A stretch of DNA of 64,000 bases from Chrysomallon squamiferum (taxonomy: Eukaryota; Animalia; Mollusca): contig CM022673.1 in the NCBI GenBank assembly GCA_012295275.1, positions 17,980,001-18,044,000 of the forward strand, read 5' to 3'. Each line of letters starts with the position of its first letter. Position 1 is the first letter of the stretch. Of the stretch, positions 16,232 to 32,395 are shown in pieces. Both the position numbers and the translations under genes were made by a program. Under the pieces are notes generated by a model. The model saw only the letters and a list, made by a program, of their open reading frames with translations. It had not been told where the DNA came from and did no database searches.

Positions 16232-17030
16232 TGTCTTTGTCTGTCTTTCAAAAACAAAAATACCTTTTAATTAAATATATTCTCAACCAAACTTTCTTTA
16301 AGCTCTGTTTTGCTTTGTTTTTTTAGAAACAGGTTTCTATCATGATTAATAATTTATAGATAAAATGCACCATGTTCATGATTAATCTAACTAAACCTGA
16401 ATGGTTCATTTCATGAGGTGTCTGACACCAAACATCAGTATATTAACCTCACTGCAGGAGAACACCATTTCCTGTCATAGTAAAAGTCTGTATTGCATAA
16501 AAGAGCAATAAAACAGATTGTAACAAGTAGGCCTACTGAAACAGTTAACACTTGACTAATGGGAGTCACACTCCCAGTAAAATAATCTCTGATCAGAGAC
16601 CACCGAGTACAGGAAAGTGAACAATATGGCAGTTTAATGTCTACATTTTTATCTTGTTTTTGTCACAGAACTGTTAATGTATGTCTGTGGTGGCCTGACC
16701 CAGCTGGAGAGTTCTGTCAAAGACAGGAAGTCACAAATCTGACTTTTGTGTTGTTGTTTTTTATCAAAGAATACTCTTAATGCTTTTGATAATTTCTTTT
16801 GTTTTGTTTTTTTTGCTTTTTTAAATCAAAGCATTCTGTTAATTTTTTTTTATCTTAGTTTCTTTTTGTTTTTTTATCAAAGAATTCTGTTTGAATTCTT
16901 ATTTTATTCTTTAAATCAAATAATTGTCCTTTACTTTGACTGTTATTAGGATAAATCAATAAAACAATTCATTTGTTTGTCTGCTAACAGCCTGGAAATT
17001 TGAGACATTCTGTTCTATTAAATCTCACAC

Positions 17031-17218
17031 TTTGTACTATTTGTACTATTTGTACTGTTTGTACTGTTTGTACTGTTTGTACTACTTGTACTATTTGTAC
17101 TGTTTGTACTGTTTGTACTATTTGTACTATTTGTACTGTTTGTACTATTTGTACTGTTTGTACTGTTTGTACTACTTGTACTATTTGTACTGTTTGTACT
17201 GTTTGTACTATTTGTACT
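17031..17218. repeat. 9-bp minisatellite TTGTACT(G/A)T, about 21 copies
   Basis: Seen directly. The variant unit TTGTACTAC recurs 90 bp apart. Confidence 0.95.
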
Positions 17219-19822
17219 AGATCATTGACACTACCAAAGAAAAAGATCAGAAATTTTTGAAAAGTCTTTATATATGTATGTATATATATATATATATAAT
17301 TTTATGTGTTTGTGTGTGTATTTTTTATCTATGTATGTTTGCATATGTATATGTATGTATGTTTGTATATATATATATATATATGTGTGTGTATGTATGT
17401 TTGTAAGTATATATTTGTATGTATATATTTATGTACATGTGTGTATGTGTGTCTGTGTCTGTGTGCATGTGTGTGTGCAAAACAGTACAAAAAATACTAC
17501 AAAACTATTAACAGAAAAGAAAACCAAAAATTACCTGACTGACAAAGTGAAGAATTCCAGGTTTAATCTTTGCCTGCAAGAAATTCCTCTTTCACATTTC
17601 TACAACATGAAAACTATTTGAGAGACAAAAACAGCATCACCTCTACCTTTTTCCTTCTTTTTTCTTTTTTTTTTTTGTTTTTTAAAAACCCACTTAGCCA
17701 CTGGAAATTTATCAGGTTACATGAACATGGAGACAACTGCTACCAATTAATTTCCTAAACTCTAATCTGGAATGCTGGAAACGTTGATAGATTCTTGTTC
17801 ACTGCCTGTGCCTCATTGATGCACACAGGGCAAGAGTGGGAAGATAAGAGATAGATGTTGTTTTTAAACTGCTGATTGTAAAACCAGCTTGTGAACAGTC
17901 CGTGATAATCATCAAACACACGGTGTGTGCGTGCGTGTTTATGTGTGACTGTGTATGAATGTATGTGTCTGTGTGTGTAGATGTCTGCAAGTCTGTGTGT
18001 GTTCATGCATGTGTGTGTGACTGTGTATGAGTGCAGGTGTGTGTATGTGTGAGACTGTGTGTATATTTGTGTTTGTGTGACTATGTGTATGAATGTGTGT
18101 GTCTGTGTGTGTAGATGTCTGCAAGTCTGTGTGTGTTTATGCATGTGTGTGTGAATTTGTATGAGTTAAGGTGTGTGTATGTGTGAGATTGTATGTGTGT
18201 GTGTGTGTGAGTGTATGTATGTATGTACGTATATCTGAGTGAGTATGTATGTATGTGTATTTTTTAAATTTTATGTCTGTTATTTATTTAAATGTATTAC
18301 TGACTGTTCAGTCAATAGAAAATAAATAAATATTAAAAACATCAACAAAGAATCACAATAGTAATAAAATTATAAAAAATAATGTTAACAGCAGCTATTA
18401 TAATAAAAATAGAACAGATATATATATACACATTAATTACAGCAACAGTACTATAATATTAATAGTAACAATAAAAATAGCATCACTAGTGATGCAAATA
18501 GCACAGCTAGAAACAGCAATAATAAGAAAGATAAGAATGTTGTTAATGTACTATTTTTGATATTTAAAAAGCTTTATAAACTGAATACAAGTTTTTTCCC
18601 TTCATTTCTTTTTAAAAATATTTTTTATAATACTATATTTATACACATTAAATTTATTTTTTTATTTTTTTTTTCTTGACAAAATTTAATTTATTTCAAA
18701 ATTATTGCTTTCAAATTATTTTTTTTTTTTCATCTTAAATTAACTATAGTACATTAAATTAATTAATTAATTTAAAATTATTATCTAGTTTATATTTTTT
18801 CCAAAACTTTATCAAACAATTTAATAGTAGTTTAAACATTATGGCTTTTTGTTATTTTTGTGTATAAATAAATTTTAAAAAAATGGTTTATTTAATTCAA
18901 AAATGAATGTATTTAATTATTTATTCACTTATTTACGTTTCTGCCTGGCTCTGTAAGTGTCTATGTGACAACATTTTAATCTCTCTTGACTGGATATGGT
19001 TTGGTGTTTGTATGTGTTGTATGTATTTGACTATACTGTATATTTGTTTCTCATTTTCCTGTAAATATTTTATTGTTAATATATGCAGAGACATTAATAA
19101 TAATAGATGTAAAGATTTTTTTAAAAAGTAAATTAATTAATTAATAAATAAAATAAAGTAAAATAAAATAAAATAAATTAATAATAAACTAAAAATAAAT
19201 GAATAAATAAGTATTAAAAAAAAAAATAAATAATAAATTAAAAAAAAAAAAAAAAAAAAATAAAATAAAATAAAATAAATAAAAATATTAAATAAAAGAA
19301 CTACAAAACAAATCTAGTAAGTTACACACTTTATGCATCAAACAAGAGACATCTAAAACAAACTTACCTCTTCTTTCTAAACTGTGATTCTGACTACAAA
19401 TGGACTAAACATGCAAGTGACTGTTTTTATGTGTTTCTGTACACCAAACATCCATTACGTGCTTGCCCATCTCTCCCAGTCTAAGGCAAGAGCTTTGCTA
19501 AACATCTGCCAGTCAAATGAAGGGACATAGTTTTTGTATTAACAGAAGCACATTTAATTTTTCCTGCTGCAGTTGTGTTTGTCAGCAGAAACAAAGATCG
19601 TGAAAAGTGCACTGTGATGGCAAAGTCTTGAACTGCCAGGATTATGTTGCTGGAGGCTGTTAGAAAGAAAACAAGGTTTTGTCAGTCTGCTACCAGTGAT
19701 GTGCTCTGACAGTCGATTAATAACAAAATAAAACATTTATAAATAATGCATGGAATACATTGTCCAATAAACTGATGAACTACTGGAGATGTACAATTTT
19801 GACATGCTGAACTGTGTACTTT

Positions 19823-20476
19823 ACACACTGATATATATTCATAGTCACAGCCATGTACATATGAATCCACACCATGTACACACTCATACAAGTGTATAAG
19901 ACACAGACACACACACACACACAAACACACTGATATATATTCATAGTCACAGCCATGTACATATGAATCCACACCATGTACACACTCATACAAGTGTATA
20001 AGACACAGACACACACAAACACACTGATATATATTCATAGTCACAGCCATGTATGTATGAATCCACACCATGTACACACTCATACAAGTGTATAAGACAC
20101 AGACACACACAAACACACTGATATATATTCATAGTCACAGCCATATATGTATGAATCCACACCATGTACACACTCATACAAGTGTATAAGACACACACAC
20201 ACACACACACACACTGATATATATTCATAGTCACAGCCATGTATGTATGAATCCACACCATACACACTCACAAGTGTATAAGACACACACACACACACAC
20301 ACAAACACACTGATATATATTCATAGTCACAGCCATGTACATATGAATCCACACCATGTACACACTCATACAAGTGTATAAGACACACAAACACACAAAC
20401 ACACTGATATATATTCATAGTCACAGCCATGTATGTATGAATCCACACCATGTACACACTCATACAAGTGTATAAG

Positions 20477-20507
<31 letters not shown>

Positions 20508-20969
20508 GATATATATTCATAGTCACAGCCATGTACATATGAATCCACACCATGTACACACTCATACAAGTGTATAAGACACACACACACACACACACTG
20601 ATATATATTCATAGTCACAGCCATGTATGTATGAATCCACACCATGTACACACTCATACAAGTGTATAAGACACACACACACACACACAAACACACTGAT
20701 ATATATTCATAGTCACAGCCATGTGCGTATGAATCCACACCACACACACAAGTGTACACACACACACACACACAAACACACTGATATATATTCATAGTCA
20801 CAGCCATGTACGTATGAATCCACACCATGTACACACTCATACAAGTGTATAAGACACACACACACACAAACACACTGATATATATTCATAGTCACAGCCA
20901 TGTACGTATGAATCCACACCATGTACACACTCATACAAGTGTATAAGACACACACACAAACACACTGAT
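19823..20969. repeat. ~95-bp tandem repeat with an embedded variable (CA)n tract, about 12 copies
   Basis: Unit: CTGATATATATTCATAGTCACAGCCATGTACATATGAATCCACACCATGTACACACTCATACAAGTGTATAAGA(CA)n. Confidence 0.95.
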
Positions 20970-21557
20970 AGACGGAGATATCAAATATCTCCAAAGAAAA
21001 AAAATAATAAAATAATAAAATAAAAAAATTAATATATATATTGAATTATTTATTTTCATTATATTTTATGTATTTATTTAAATTTTTTAATATTTATTTT
21101 ATTTTTTTAAATTTATTATTATTATTTTTGATTTTTTGATTTTTAAATTTTTGATTTTTTTAATATATATATATTAAAAAAAATCAAAACATAATTTAGA
21201 AAAGTGATTGTTCTGTTTTTGTGGGGTAACTAATATTTTTCAGTTTGCTTTTAACATTCAGTTTCACAAGAATTTTTTATTTTTATTTCATCTTTTAAAT
21301 AAAATTAGAATGTTTCTTTTCAAAACTGCCTATATGAAAAAGTAACAACAGTGGTATTTTGGTGTCTCTTTATAACACATGAATACCTCATTTATGAAAG
21401 CAGTCACATTTTTGTATGCACTGATTATCAAGTGAAGTGCATGACAAGGAGATAAATTGAATATTTATAATTTATGGAAATATCTGAAAATTCACAGACA
21501 GTTAACAGTTATAATGTTAAAAACATCCAAATGAGTAAGACTGAGAGACACACACTG

Positions 21558-21626
<69 letters not shown>

Positions 21627-22260
21627 GATGATGATGATGTAGAAAGAAACTCGTAATGCAGGAAAGCTACATTCATTTTAACAGATAGAAGAAAGCGGTG
21701 CGTTTAGAAGTTCTGCTGGCGTCCTTTTCTGTTTACTTCGAGTATGGATTGTAATCGTAAAATCTAAACTAGCTGGAAATAACTTAATTGCTTACGTGCT
21801 TTATTTATTATTATTTTTTCTTGTTTATTCTTGGTTTTATAGAGCAATTAGATTGTCATCGCGTCAGTAAGGATCATATAAACTGCATTTTGATTGGTGG
21901 AATTTTGTTTGAAAATGAAATACGACGAATAAAAGTGGCGTTTATAGGCCTACAATTTGCTCGAAAGTTTTAACTAACTGATGTTAATCAATAAAATTTT
22001 TGAGTGACTTTTAAATCTTTGTTGATGAGACTGTGCACACAGAAATTGTTTCAGTGTATTTAAATTCGCTATCATGCAAAATAATTAATAGTTTTTATTT
22101 ATTTATTTATTTTTAATAGAAATAATTGAAACGAATCAATTAATTAAAATTATTAAACTAATTAATATGTCTATAGCGATTATTTACCACAAATTAACTT
22201 TGGAGAACATGATGACTGTAGACGATTTATTTCATTTCGGTAACGTTACTTTCTGTCATG

Positions 22261-22340
<80 letters not shown>

Positions 22341-22499
22341 ATATGTTAAATCTCAAATCTGTATTTTATAATTTGAATGCAAAAAAATAAAATAATAAAA
22401 ATAAAATAAGAGTTTTATTTCATATTCATGATATACGCATATAATTAAACCCTCTGAGATTATTCGGTCCTGCAATATGGTACGTATTTCTTGTTTCAC

Positions 22500-22812
<313 letters not shown>

Positions 22813-23221
22813 ATTCGTTGATAAAATTAAGGTACACACAAACTGATTGTGGCTCGTTATAAATAAAAACAGAAATATTAATATTAACAAGAAAAGTAAC
22901 CATTAAATTCATGGACACAAACATTACACTCATATATAAATTTATTTATTAAATTAATCATCATTCATGTGTAGTCAGTTTAAGTCAGATCCACATTAAA
23001 ATTATGAAAGTAACATACACTATTTTAATGAGACTTACATAATTAAAGATCGTTTAACAAGAAACTGCAGTGACTTTTCTTTTCATATTGCAACCTGTTT
23101 TTAGGATTTTTTTTCTCTGAACCAAACGAAATTCAACTGTGAGAAAAGATAACCCCAAAGAAACTGAAACCTTCCTTCAATCTGCTATCAATGAACTCTG
23201 CTGTTATTATCAACTTATTGA

Positions 23222-23487
<266 letters not shown>

Positions 23488-24564
23488 TACACAATATAAC
23501 TAATCACATGGGTAAAAAGTCAAATCCGCTTCCCCACCATAATCAAAGAGTCCCTACATGCCCCTGACTGTAATTAGAATTGAACTCTTAATAATTCCGA
23601 TGCCAAACTTGTTAAAACACGTAAGGAGATAAATGAGAAATTTGTTTCTGTACAACATCACGAAGACATGTTTTTAATTTGACATGCTGTGCACCACACA
23701 CAGAATTCTGTCATTTGATCTACCACAGCCAAGAGAAGCCAGGGAAATTTTCAATGGCTAAGGGGCAAATTCTGTTCCGAACACTGTTTGTTTACAGCCT
23801 CGTGTTTAGTATATTTCTTTTTAACGTAGAATTCTGAGATAAACTGCTACAACTACTGTTACAGCTGTTACTAGTATTACTGCTCCTACCATATCTTACT
23901 TGTATTAGTGGTACTACTGTTATTAATAACAACAAAATGTACTAATCCTATAACAGCTTCTCTGCTACTACTACTATTTTTACCCCCAACACCACCTCTA
24001 TTACTACAACTTTTTGTTACTGATATTGTTGTATATATGATACTAGTATTAATAAGTACAGATAAAAAAAGTGTAGCAATATCATCATTAATTGTTCAGT
24101 TTAGTAATAATAGATATATTTTTAAAATAGAATACTTTTTTATGTTTTAATTCTGAATTTTCTGCTGAATTTAGACGAAATTACCATCACAGGCGTACTT
24201 GGACAGTTCTGAGATGGATGCGTGCTAATTACTACTCAAACCCACAAAAACAGAACGAAATTCTTTCATTTCTAAATAAGTTTCAAGATTTTAATTTACT
24301 TCTGGCGATTATCAAAGATGTCGGTTTCTAATTTCACAAATCAACAAATGTTCCCGCTAGAAAAAACAAAACAATTTTGGCCAGAATCTTCAGTTGTGGA
24401 GCAAGAATGATGACTGACACACCAGTGAGCAGACACAGTAAGACTCCATCATGGTCACCAACGACCTAAAGCATTCGTCTTTCTTTTCTTTTCTTTTTTT
24501 ATATGTATGTATGTACGTATGTGCGTGTGTGTGTGTGTTTCTTTTCTTATATGTATGTATGTAC

Positions 24565-24607
<43 letters not shown>

Positions 24608-27547
24608 GTGTGGGTGTGTGCGTGCGTACGTATGTATGTATGATTGTAATTTTTTAATTTTTTATTTGTTGTTTTACAAATATACTTCTATTATTATTAT
24701 TATTATTATCATTATTATTATACGTAACATTGGCTGAATTACTTAACAGTTTGTGTAAGAATGTCAGAAAAAATATATCTTGAAGTTTGATAAATAAAAT
24801 CTTGTGACGTTTAATAATTCTAGGATACATTTCTGAAGTAAGGTTTAGGATACAGATTTCAAATCTCGGTCGATTATTCCAAAGTGAAAGAAAAGGTATA
24901 TCAAGAATTTTTATTTACTTATTATTTATTTATTTATTTATTTATTTTTTTTTTTATTTTTTTATTTATTGTTATGTTTTAGTAATAACAATAATGACGC
25001 TAACTTGGAAAATCAGCGGCCGCCAGTGTGCAGGCGACTAAATAGCAAATGTTTTAATGGCACCTTTCCTTCCATGAACAGATCTAGTCTTTGTAACAAA
25101 CGATATGAATCGTCTGATGCAATTAAATCAATATATAATGGAGAAATCCATGTGCTTACAAAATAACGAAAAACACTTCGAAATAAAAGAAAAAGCATAG
25201 AACATTTAAACCCCTCCAATCTGCAGACTTCCCCTGGACAGGCACTTTAACGTCTGTATTTAAATACAGACAAACGAGTAGATCACCAGCATTAAAACAT
25301 TAACTGTGTACAGTTCATTTCACAGCCCATTTTACGCCTTCTGAAAGCCTACTAGTACTGTCCTGGGAGAATAAGATTTTACATTAATCTACTTAACACA
25401 TCTTGGGTGGGCATTCTTGTTTTAGTAACTGCCAAAATCATGACGATGCCTTTGACCCTGCAGTATATGACATCACTGATGTACATGGTGATAAGCACAC
25501 TCACACAACCACACCCACACCCACACACTGTATATATCTTAACAGAAAATGCTTTGAAATATATCTACAGAGGACTGTGCAAAGAAGACTCGGGTAGGGT
25601 TGTCTTGAAAATACTATTATAACAAGTAACGCAGGTTAAAATACAAAGCTTTTATTGGTAATAAAATAGTTAGCACTCTGCATCAGACATGCATTTGAGT
25701 TTACAAACAAAACAATTGAATGCTATAAAATAATTAAGAAAAACAAAACAAAAAAAAAGATAGAAAAAATGAAATAATTTAAAAAAAAACAAAAGAAAAT
25801 ACATATAAAATAATTATTTCATAATAATAAAAATAAATGTTGACATACACGATAACAACAACAATATTAATAATAACAATAATAATGATATTAAAATTAA
25901 AAATTAAATTGAAATGAATTGAATGAAAAATAAGTTTGTAATAAAATAACAAAAATCTGATCTAAGAGTTTAAATCCATCAAAATAAACATATAACAAAA
26001 TAACTATAAATTTAATAAAAAAAACAACATGCACAAATGACTTCTCATAAATATCTCTAATAAACAAAAACCCAAAAAAAAAAAAAAAAAAATTAAATAA
26101 ATAAATAAATAAAATAAAAATAAAAAAGATGGAAACAAATCAGAATAATATACAAATTATTATACATATTAATTCATATTTTTATTCTTCCCAAAATGGT
26201 TGAAAAAAGACCAAACATTAGGCTATATTAAAATATCTAAAAATCTAATTAAATCAATTTTATTAACACAGAGATTTTTTTCAATTCATCCATCCTGGAG
26301 ACAACTAACATCAGATACACATTCTAATTCTAGTCTGTTTCTAATCTAATCAAGTGTACTAATTAATATAAGCACTAATAATTTTTATTAACAATGGCAT
26401 AAAAATACATAAATACTTCATCATTTTTATGGTTTTAACATTTCACCAATGTCAGTCATTCTGAGCAGGGGGGTGATATTCTTTCAAATCACCCCCCTCA
26501 AGACCTGCACCTATAGCATTAAGTCAGAAACAAGAATGACATTAACTAAAATTTAAAAAATATTTGTATTACAAAGGCCTAAGATACCAAGATATTGTTT
26601 TATTTCCTCCAGACAGCAAAATCTTTTACAATCACAGATACCTTAATTAAAACATTACTTGCATATGTCAAACATCACATTTTGTGACAATCTAATTGTT
26701 TCTCCTTCATTTTGAAAAATAAAACAAATCTGCATGGTTTTGAGTAAATCATTTAAATTTAACTATTAATATTATAATCACTATTATATACATGCATACA
26801 TACATACATATACAAACATACATAGTCACTTACACAAACATACATGTATGCTTATATGTACTGTGTACATCACAAGAAAGTAAAGAGCCAAAAATGTGCA
26901 AGATGAACTTGTGTACATAATTCAGGCACAGTTAACTAGAACAATTCAATATTTTACTATATGTGTCTACTTCAGTAATACTGGAAAGAAAAAACAAAAC
27001 AATGTAATTTATGAAATACTATATAAAAAAATAAAAAAATAAAATAAAAATAAATAAATAATTGAACAAATTAATAATAGTAATAAAAGTATCTCTTTTA
27101 AGAATTTTATTCTAACAAAATACTTTTTAACATTTTTAACTAATCACTGATTTTGGTTATCTGAATGAAAATACATTTTTTAAAAGCATCCAAAAACTAA
27201 AGCATTAGATTGTGAAAAATATACTCACATTCCAACTAAGGCAATACTTTTATAATTATAACATGAAATATTTGTTATTATAACTTAGATATTTAGAAAC
27301 TATAAAATAAATTCTTGGAGTTTAGACAAACCTGATATCCTGATCAAACTAATCTGAAAATATTTCTAATTAAAAAATAAACAAACATGATTCCTCATTT
27401 ATACAATTAAAAATATTTTCAAAACATTTCAAACTTTTCTTTAGTACCATCTAAATTATAGCTTTTTCTTGTTTTCTTATCAGCATGTCTGTCATATCAC
27501 TGTATTTAATGACATGTTTTATCAAAAACACGATGTGATTAAAATTT

Positions 27548-27578
<31 letters not shown>

Positions 27579-28853
27579 TTCAGAATACTTTATAGTATCT
27601 TTACAAACTGGAATACTTTGTTCACAAAAAAAAAAAAAAAAATAGCAGGTGAACATCCACCAAATATGTACCTCACAAAAAATTGTTTTTTCTATCTCCA
27701 GAATTACAATACCATTTCCCATAAAACAGATTTTTTTGTTCATGATGAAATTTAAAAAGAAAGTTACATGAAGTACACTGTACATGTACATCAATAATTC
27801 TGACATATTAAACAAGAGAAACAAATTTAAAGTTTTAAGTGACCTTTAACCTCTGATTAACATCTTAGAGACTGAAACTACATTGTTTTTAAAACCATAA
27901 ACAGTGACATACCCATCATGTCAGCACCACTCTACATTTCTGTCTAATCCTCTTTCCCTTGTTCTTTGTGAACTAATCAGAAAAGATAATCACAACAATG
28001 AATCAAGTAATCTCAGCTAATTTACTAAAGATGTTGTTATTAAAAAAAACCTCTTTCACAAATATCAGAAACAAGAAATAATTTTTCTGTTGATTATTAT
28101 TATGTTAAACAAACAAACAAACAAAAAACTACCCAAAACCAAAGACAGTGTATATATGGCACAACATGTAGGTAAAAAAAGTAAAAAAACAAAAAGAAAA
28201 GAAAAAGCAACTGTTATTAAAATACAGTTTTTGTTTGAACAAAAAAACATTTTGCTGCTCATATATTTCACATTTGTCTTTTTGTCCATCCAATCATAAA
28301 CACGTCCACTGAATTCAGTAGTTTGGTAATTTCTTTGTTTAATGTCTGAGAGTGTGATAGATATTGAATACTCATTTCTACATTACAAAAAGTAGGTTCT
28401 TTACAAAAGAAAATTTAGATTATTTTATTTAAAATTTATTTTTGCAAAAAAACAAAAAAACTTCGGACAACCTCCAACCCTCTCTTCAGTTTTCCCCCAT
28501 TACAATAACATTATATGACTAACACTTAATTCTGCCTTTAACAAAGATAAACAATGACATTAAAATACTTCACAGTATGCAACATCAATAATAATAGTGA
28601 AAGCAATGAGTCAAGGGACACAACTCTTGAAACAATTAACAAACATCTGATAAAGGTGAAATAAATAAACTGACTTTTTGTCTTAAATATAACAGATCTG
28701 GTGATTAATGAAGGGACGGAATGATGGATGGAAGGACAAATAAAGAACAAAATAGTGACTGTCATGTGTTTTCTTAGAGAAATACATGAGAAGTTACAAC
28801 TTGATTTTTTTTTATGATTATCAACACCAGTCATGTAAACAACAGAAGTAAAA

Positions 28854-31576
28854 TTATGATCGCCAAAAGTACGGGTTTTGTTGTAGTCGTCTTTGAAAGT
28901 TCTGGAACCAGGTTTGAAGAGTACTGAGAGGAATGTAAGTCTCTGTCGGGTTTGGTGTCATCTGAGCCTGAGTTGTAGTAAATGATGAACAGTAATTGAC
29001 AAAATTTTCCAACATTTTTTGTGAAAATTCCATAAATGGCTCCACAGTTGAGGTTGCTGCCAGCGTAGTTGGAGTCTGCTGCGCTAGCTGTGCTAATGGC
29101 TCCACTGAAATACCTATCTGCGCCAGGTGAGACGGCTGCTGTCCAAACAAATTCTGCTGCAGTTTGTTATCCGCTGAATAAATAACCACAATAATGTTTA
29201 CAGTTTACATATTTGTTTTGTGAACACTTTTTTAATAACAATAATAATAATATAAAGGGTCATCATAAATCCTTGCGCAATTTTAATTTTTTTATAACTT
29301 CTGATTTATGCAAAGGATGAGAGAAGAATTTTTTTTATTTTTAAGTAACTTTATTGTTGAGTTTCTTAATTCTCATAACCACTGACATTATGGATACAAA
29401 TTGTGATATAATTCGTGATGTTTTAGAAATAAATTTTGTAACTGATTTTCTGTTATATCAACATTAAATATTAAGTAATATTTATAGCTTGTACCATTAA
29501 CAATCTTATAAAAATTCAAAAGACTTTGACTTTCTGTCTGAGACAAACAAACATTTCAGTACTGGACAAATTTAAATTACATGATATCAGTATATTTGGA
29601 AAGGCACACAAAACCAGCATGGTAGGTTGTCATTTCCGCAGCAAAAATTAGTTTAATTTTAAAATTTGGTTTCATTAAAAATATTCATAGTGGACAAAAA
29701 GTTATAGAACTAAATACTAAGAATCAATCTTTTGTACGTGATGACTGCATTAATTAAATGTTCAGGAGCAAAAATCATAAAGAAATTTGTTAATCTTTAA
29801 AAGATTTATAACAATTTTGGGATTTTGCAAATACTGAATGTTAAAATAAGAAAGAACTTTAAATTAATGACAAGATTATAAGACTCTAAATTAATTAAAA
29901 ATGTGATACTGTTTTACATTCACGACAACACAAACACCAAACCAGCTTTACATGACTTACTGTAAGTGTTATGATGCTGTTCAAGCTTTACCCTGTCCTG
30001 CAGTATGTTGTACATCAAAACGTTATTAAGTTCACTTCTTAAACATAGTAACTGTTATATTACCTGGCTTCAGTTTAGAGATCTTGAATATTGCACTAGG
30101 TTTTGTGTTAGTGATATGACCTAGAAGTAACCATGATGACCCCTCTGGACTTGGCCACGAAAAGTATACTAGAACAAAAAAAAGAACTAAATAAATAAAT
30201 AAAAATTAAAATGAAAAAAATAAAAAAAGATATATATATATATATTTACATACACAAACGATCCCACTTCATATAATTTTCATGTTTCCATTTTTCCATT
30301 TTTCCATTTAAAAAAAATTAAGTTAACATATTTTTTTTAAATTCTCTGAAAGCTGCTAACAGAGGGACCTTCTTCTTTTTGGAGGAGGTAACATTTTTGG
30401 CAGTCCTGACTATTTGAAATAGCAGTTTTATTTAAAGGAGATTTTACCAAATTTAAAAAATAAATACTCTCAAGTATAAAGAAAAACTGAAAAATAAAAG
30501 ATATAGTATTGAAATAAGAATATTCAATAACTAATTGTTCAGAAAGGCTATCATAAAATAACAAACATCTAGTGTTACTTCAACAAAAAATTAACGAAAA
30601 TAAAGAAAAATAAAATAATAATAATGATAATAATAATAAAATTATTTATAACTGAAATAATGTTTTTGATGTCTGACTTAAAAGTTTTTAATTTAAAATT
30701 AAAAAAAATAATGATTATACTATGAAATTAATTTGAATGCTCATTTTAAAAACTATTTTTTGTTAAGCCCCCTCAGTTACCAGCTCCACCAAGTTCCTGT
30801 GGAAATGGTGTCTGTCCAGTCATGAAGACAACAACATGGTTGATGTTGTCAGCATCAGGTATGTTGAAAAGAAATTCTGTTTCAGACAACTGATTTACAT
30901 CTGTCTGTACCTGAAATATAAGCATCATTGTTAGTTACACCTTTGTCATAAAATAAAATCATTAATGCTGACCTGATAGAACATTAACAAAGAGAGGAAT
31001 AGAACTGAATGTCAACATGTTTTTCCTAACTGGAATGATACAGAGAAAAGATATAGGGAAACGGAACTGAGCTTCATATTATGATCAAGTTTGGTATTAA
31101 TCGTTAAAAGCTTAGAATTTAGGTTCATTATACACATCTTTTGTTTTGTTCATTTATTACTATAATTTATGAGGAAAATGAAGATGTCATAACATTCATT
31201 CCTTAATAAGAGTATGTCAGACAGATCAAGAAATGGTGTAAACATTTTAAAATACATAGAAAATGAACGTAATGGCAGAAATTCTTAAACAAGACAAACG
31301 CTTTTATTCATTTATTTATTTATTTTATTTTGTTATAGTGTCAATTTTAATCAACCACGAAACAATGATATTATAAAAGTATTAAAAACACATTGTTAAT
31401 ATCAACATTTGAAGATTCAAGGCCAATATTTTGGTATTTAGTCGCGAGGCTTTTAGTTTTAAACAGGTGCGCTAGACCATAACGCGTACTTTTTATTTTG
31501 TCGAGATACATATAAAATTTACCATGCTTACAAGTTTTATACTTACAAGTCTTCCTGCTACAATCAAGCCAAACAT
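28854..31576 (-). CDS. HIKESHI: Protein Hikeshi (Hsp70 nuclear import carrier, OPI10/C11orf73 family), 4 coding exons, 194 aa
   Basis: Exons: 31576-31547 ([10 protein letters not shown]), 30910-30781 ([43 protein letters not shown]), 30168-30064 ([35 protein letters not shown]), 29173-28854 (..[27 protein letters not shown]). All introns are GT-AG with consistent phases; the CDS is 585 nt; the motifs are diagnostic of the family. Confidence 0.96.
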
Positions 31577-31776
31577 TCTGATCCAGATAATTCAAATACT
31601 TTAGTCAATACGAATATCGCTTAACATTGTGCACAAAACTGTCGAAACTGCTATCGAACATTCGGAAGTTTGTTTTGCTAAGGGAGATAATTCAATGACG
31701 AAAGATTATACAGTTAAAAACCAAATGCAAATGTACTCTGTAAAAACAAATACCCCCCGACACACACACACAAGCG

Positions 31777-31810
<34 letters not shown>

Positions 31811-32182
31811 ACATCTAATAATAAAAAAGAAAATAATTATAGACGATTAAACTTGCCGAATAATATAAATTATATAATATAATATAATATATAATTTAAA
31901 GATAGAGTATATAATAAATAGAAATAAAACATGCTCAGTTATATGCTGCTTAAATAATACGGGATGCACTAAATAATGATGATATTGATGATGATGATGG
32001 TGATTGTGATGCTGATAATGATAATAATGTTTTATCGTTGATTGTAGTCTGAATTAAGAATACAGTCTAAAAATAAAATAAAAGGTGTGCAATTTGTATT
32101 AAGTTTATACAAAATTATATTATTTATGTAAATTAATGTTCACTTGGATGTTTCACAAAAATAATTTTAATAAATAAATAAA

Positions 32183-32239
<57 letters not shown>

Positions 32240-32395
32240 CTGAAACAGCCAAAACTATTTTCAAGGTAGTGTACTTTAAAATTGCAATTCCTTCGTGAAT
32301 CCCACAACAAAAATGATGCGGTGCGCAGTATCTAACTGTAACGTGTCGTAAAATATCTTCTAGAAAAGAAGAAAACAAATTAAAAATTTTGTCAT
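31577..32395. promoter_or_regulatory. Putative bidirectional promoter between HIKESHI (-) and PGP copy 1 (+)
   Basis: Only 819 bp separate the divergent ATGs. CpGs are retained, and there is a (GC)n run at about 31774-31785. Confidence 0.6.

Noticed and set aside
17000-17260. ORF of (CTx)n repeats resembling a Thr/Cys-rich antifreeze or metallothionein-like protein
   Set aside because: It is the translation of a 9-bp minisatellite. It starts at TTG and has no signal peptide, splice context or synonymous variation.
19823-20969. Repeat-plus-spacer pattern superficially like a CRISPR array
   Set aside because: Eukaryotic context, the 'spacers' are only (CA)n, and there are no cas genes.
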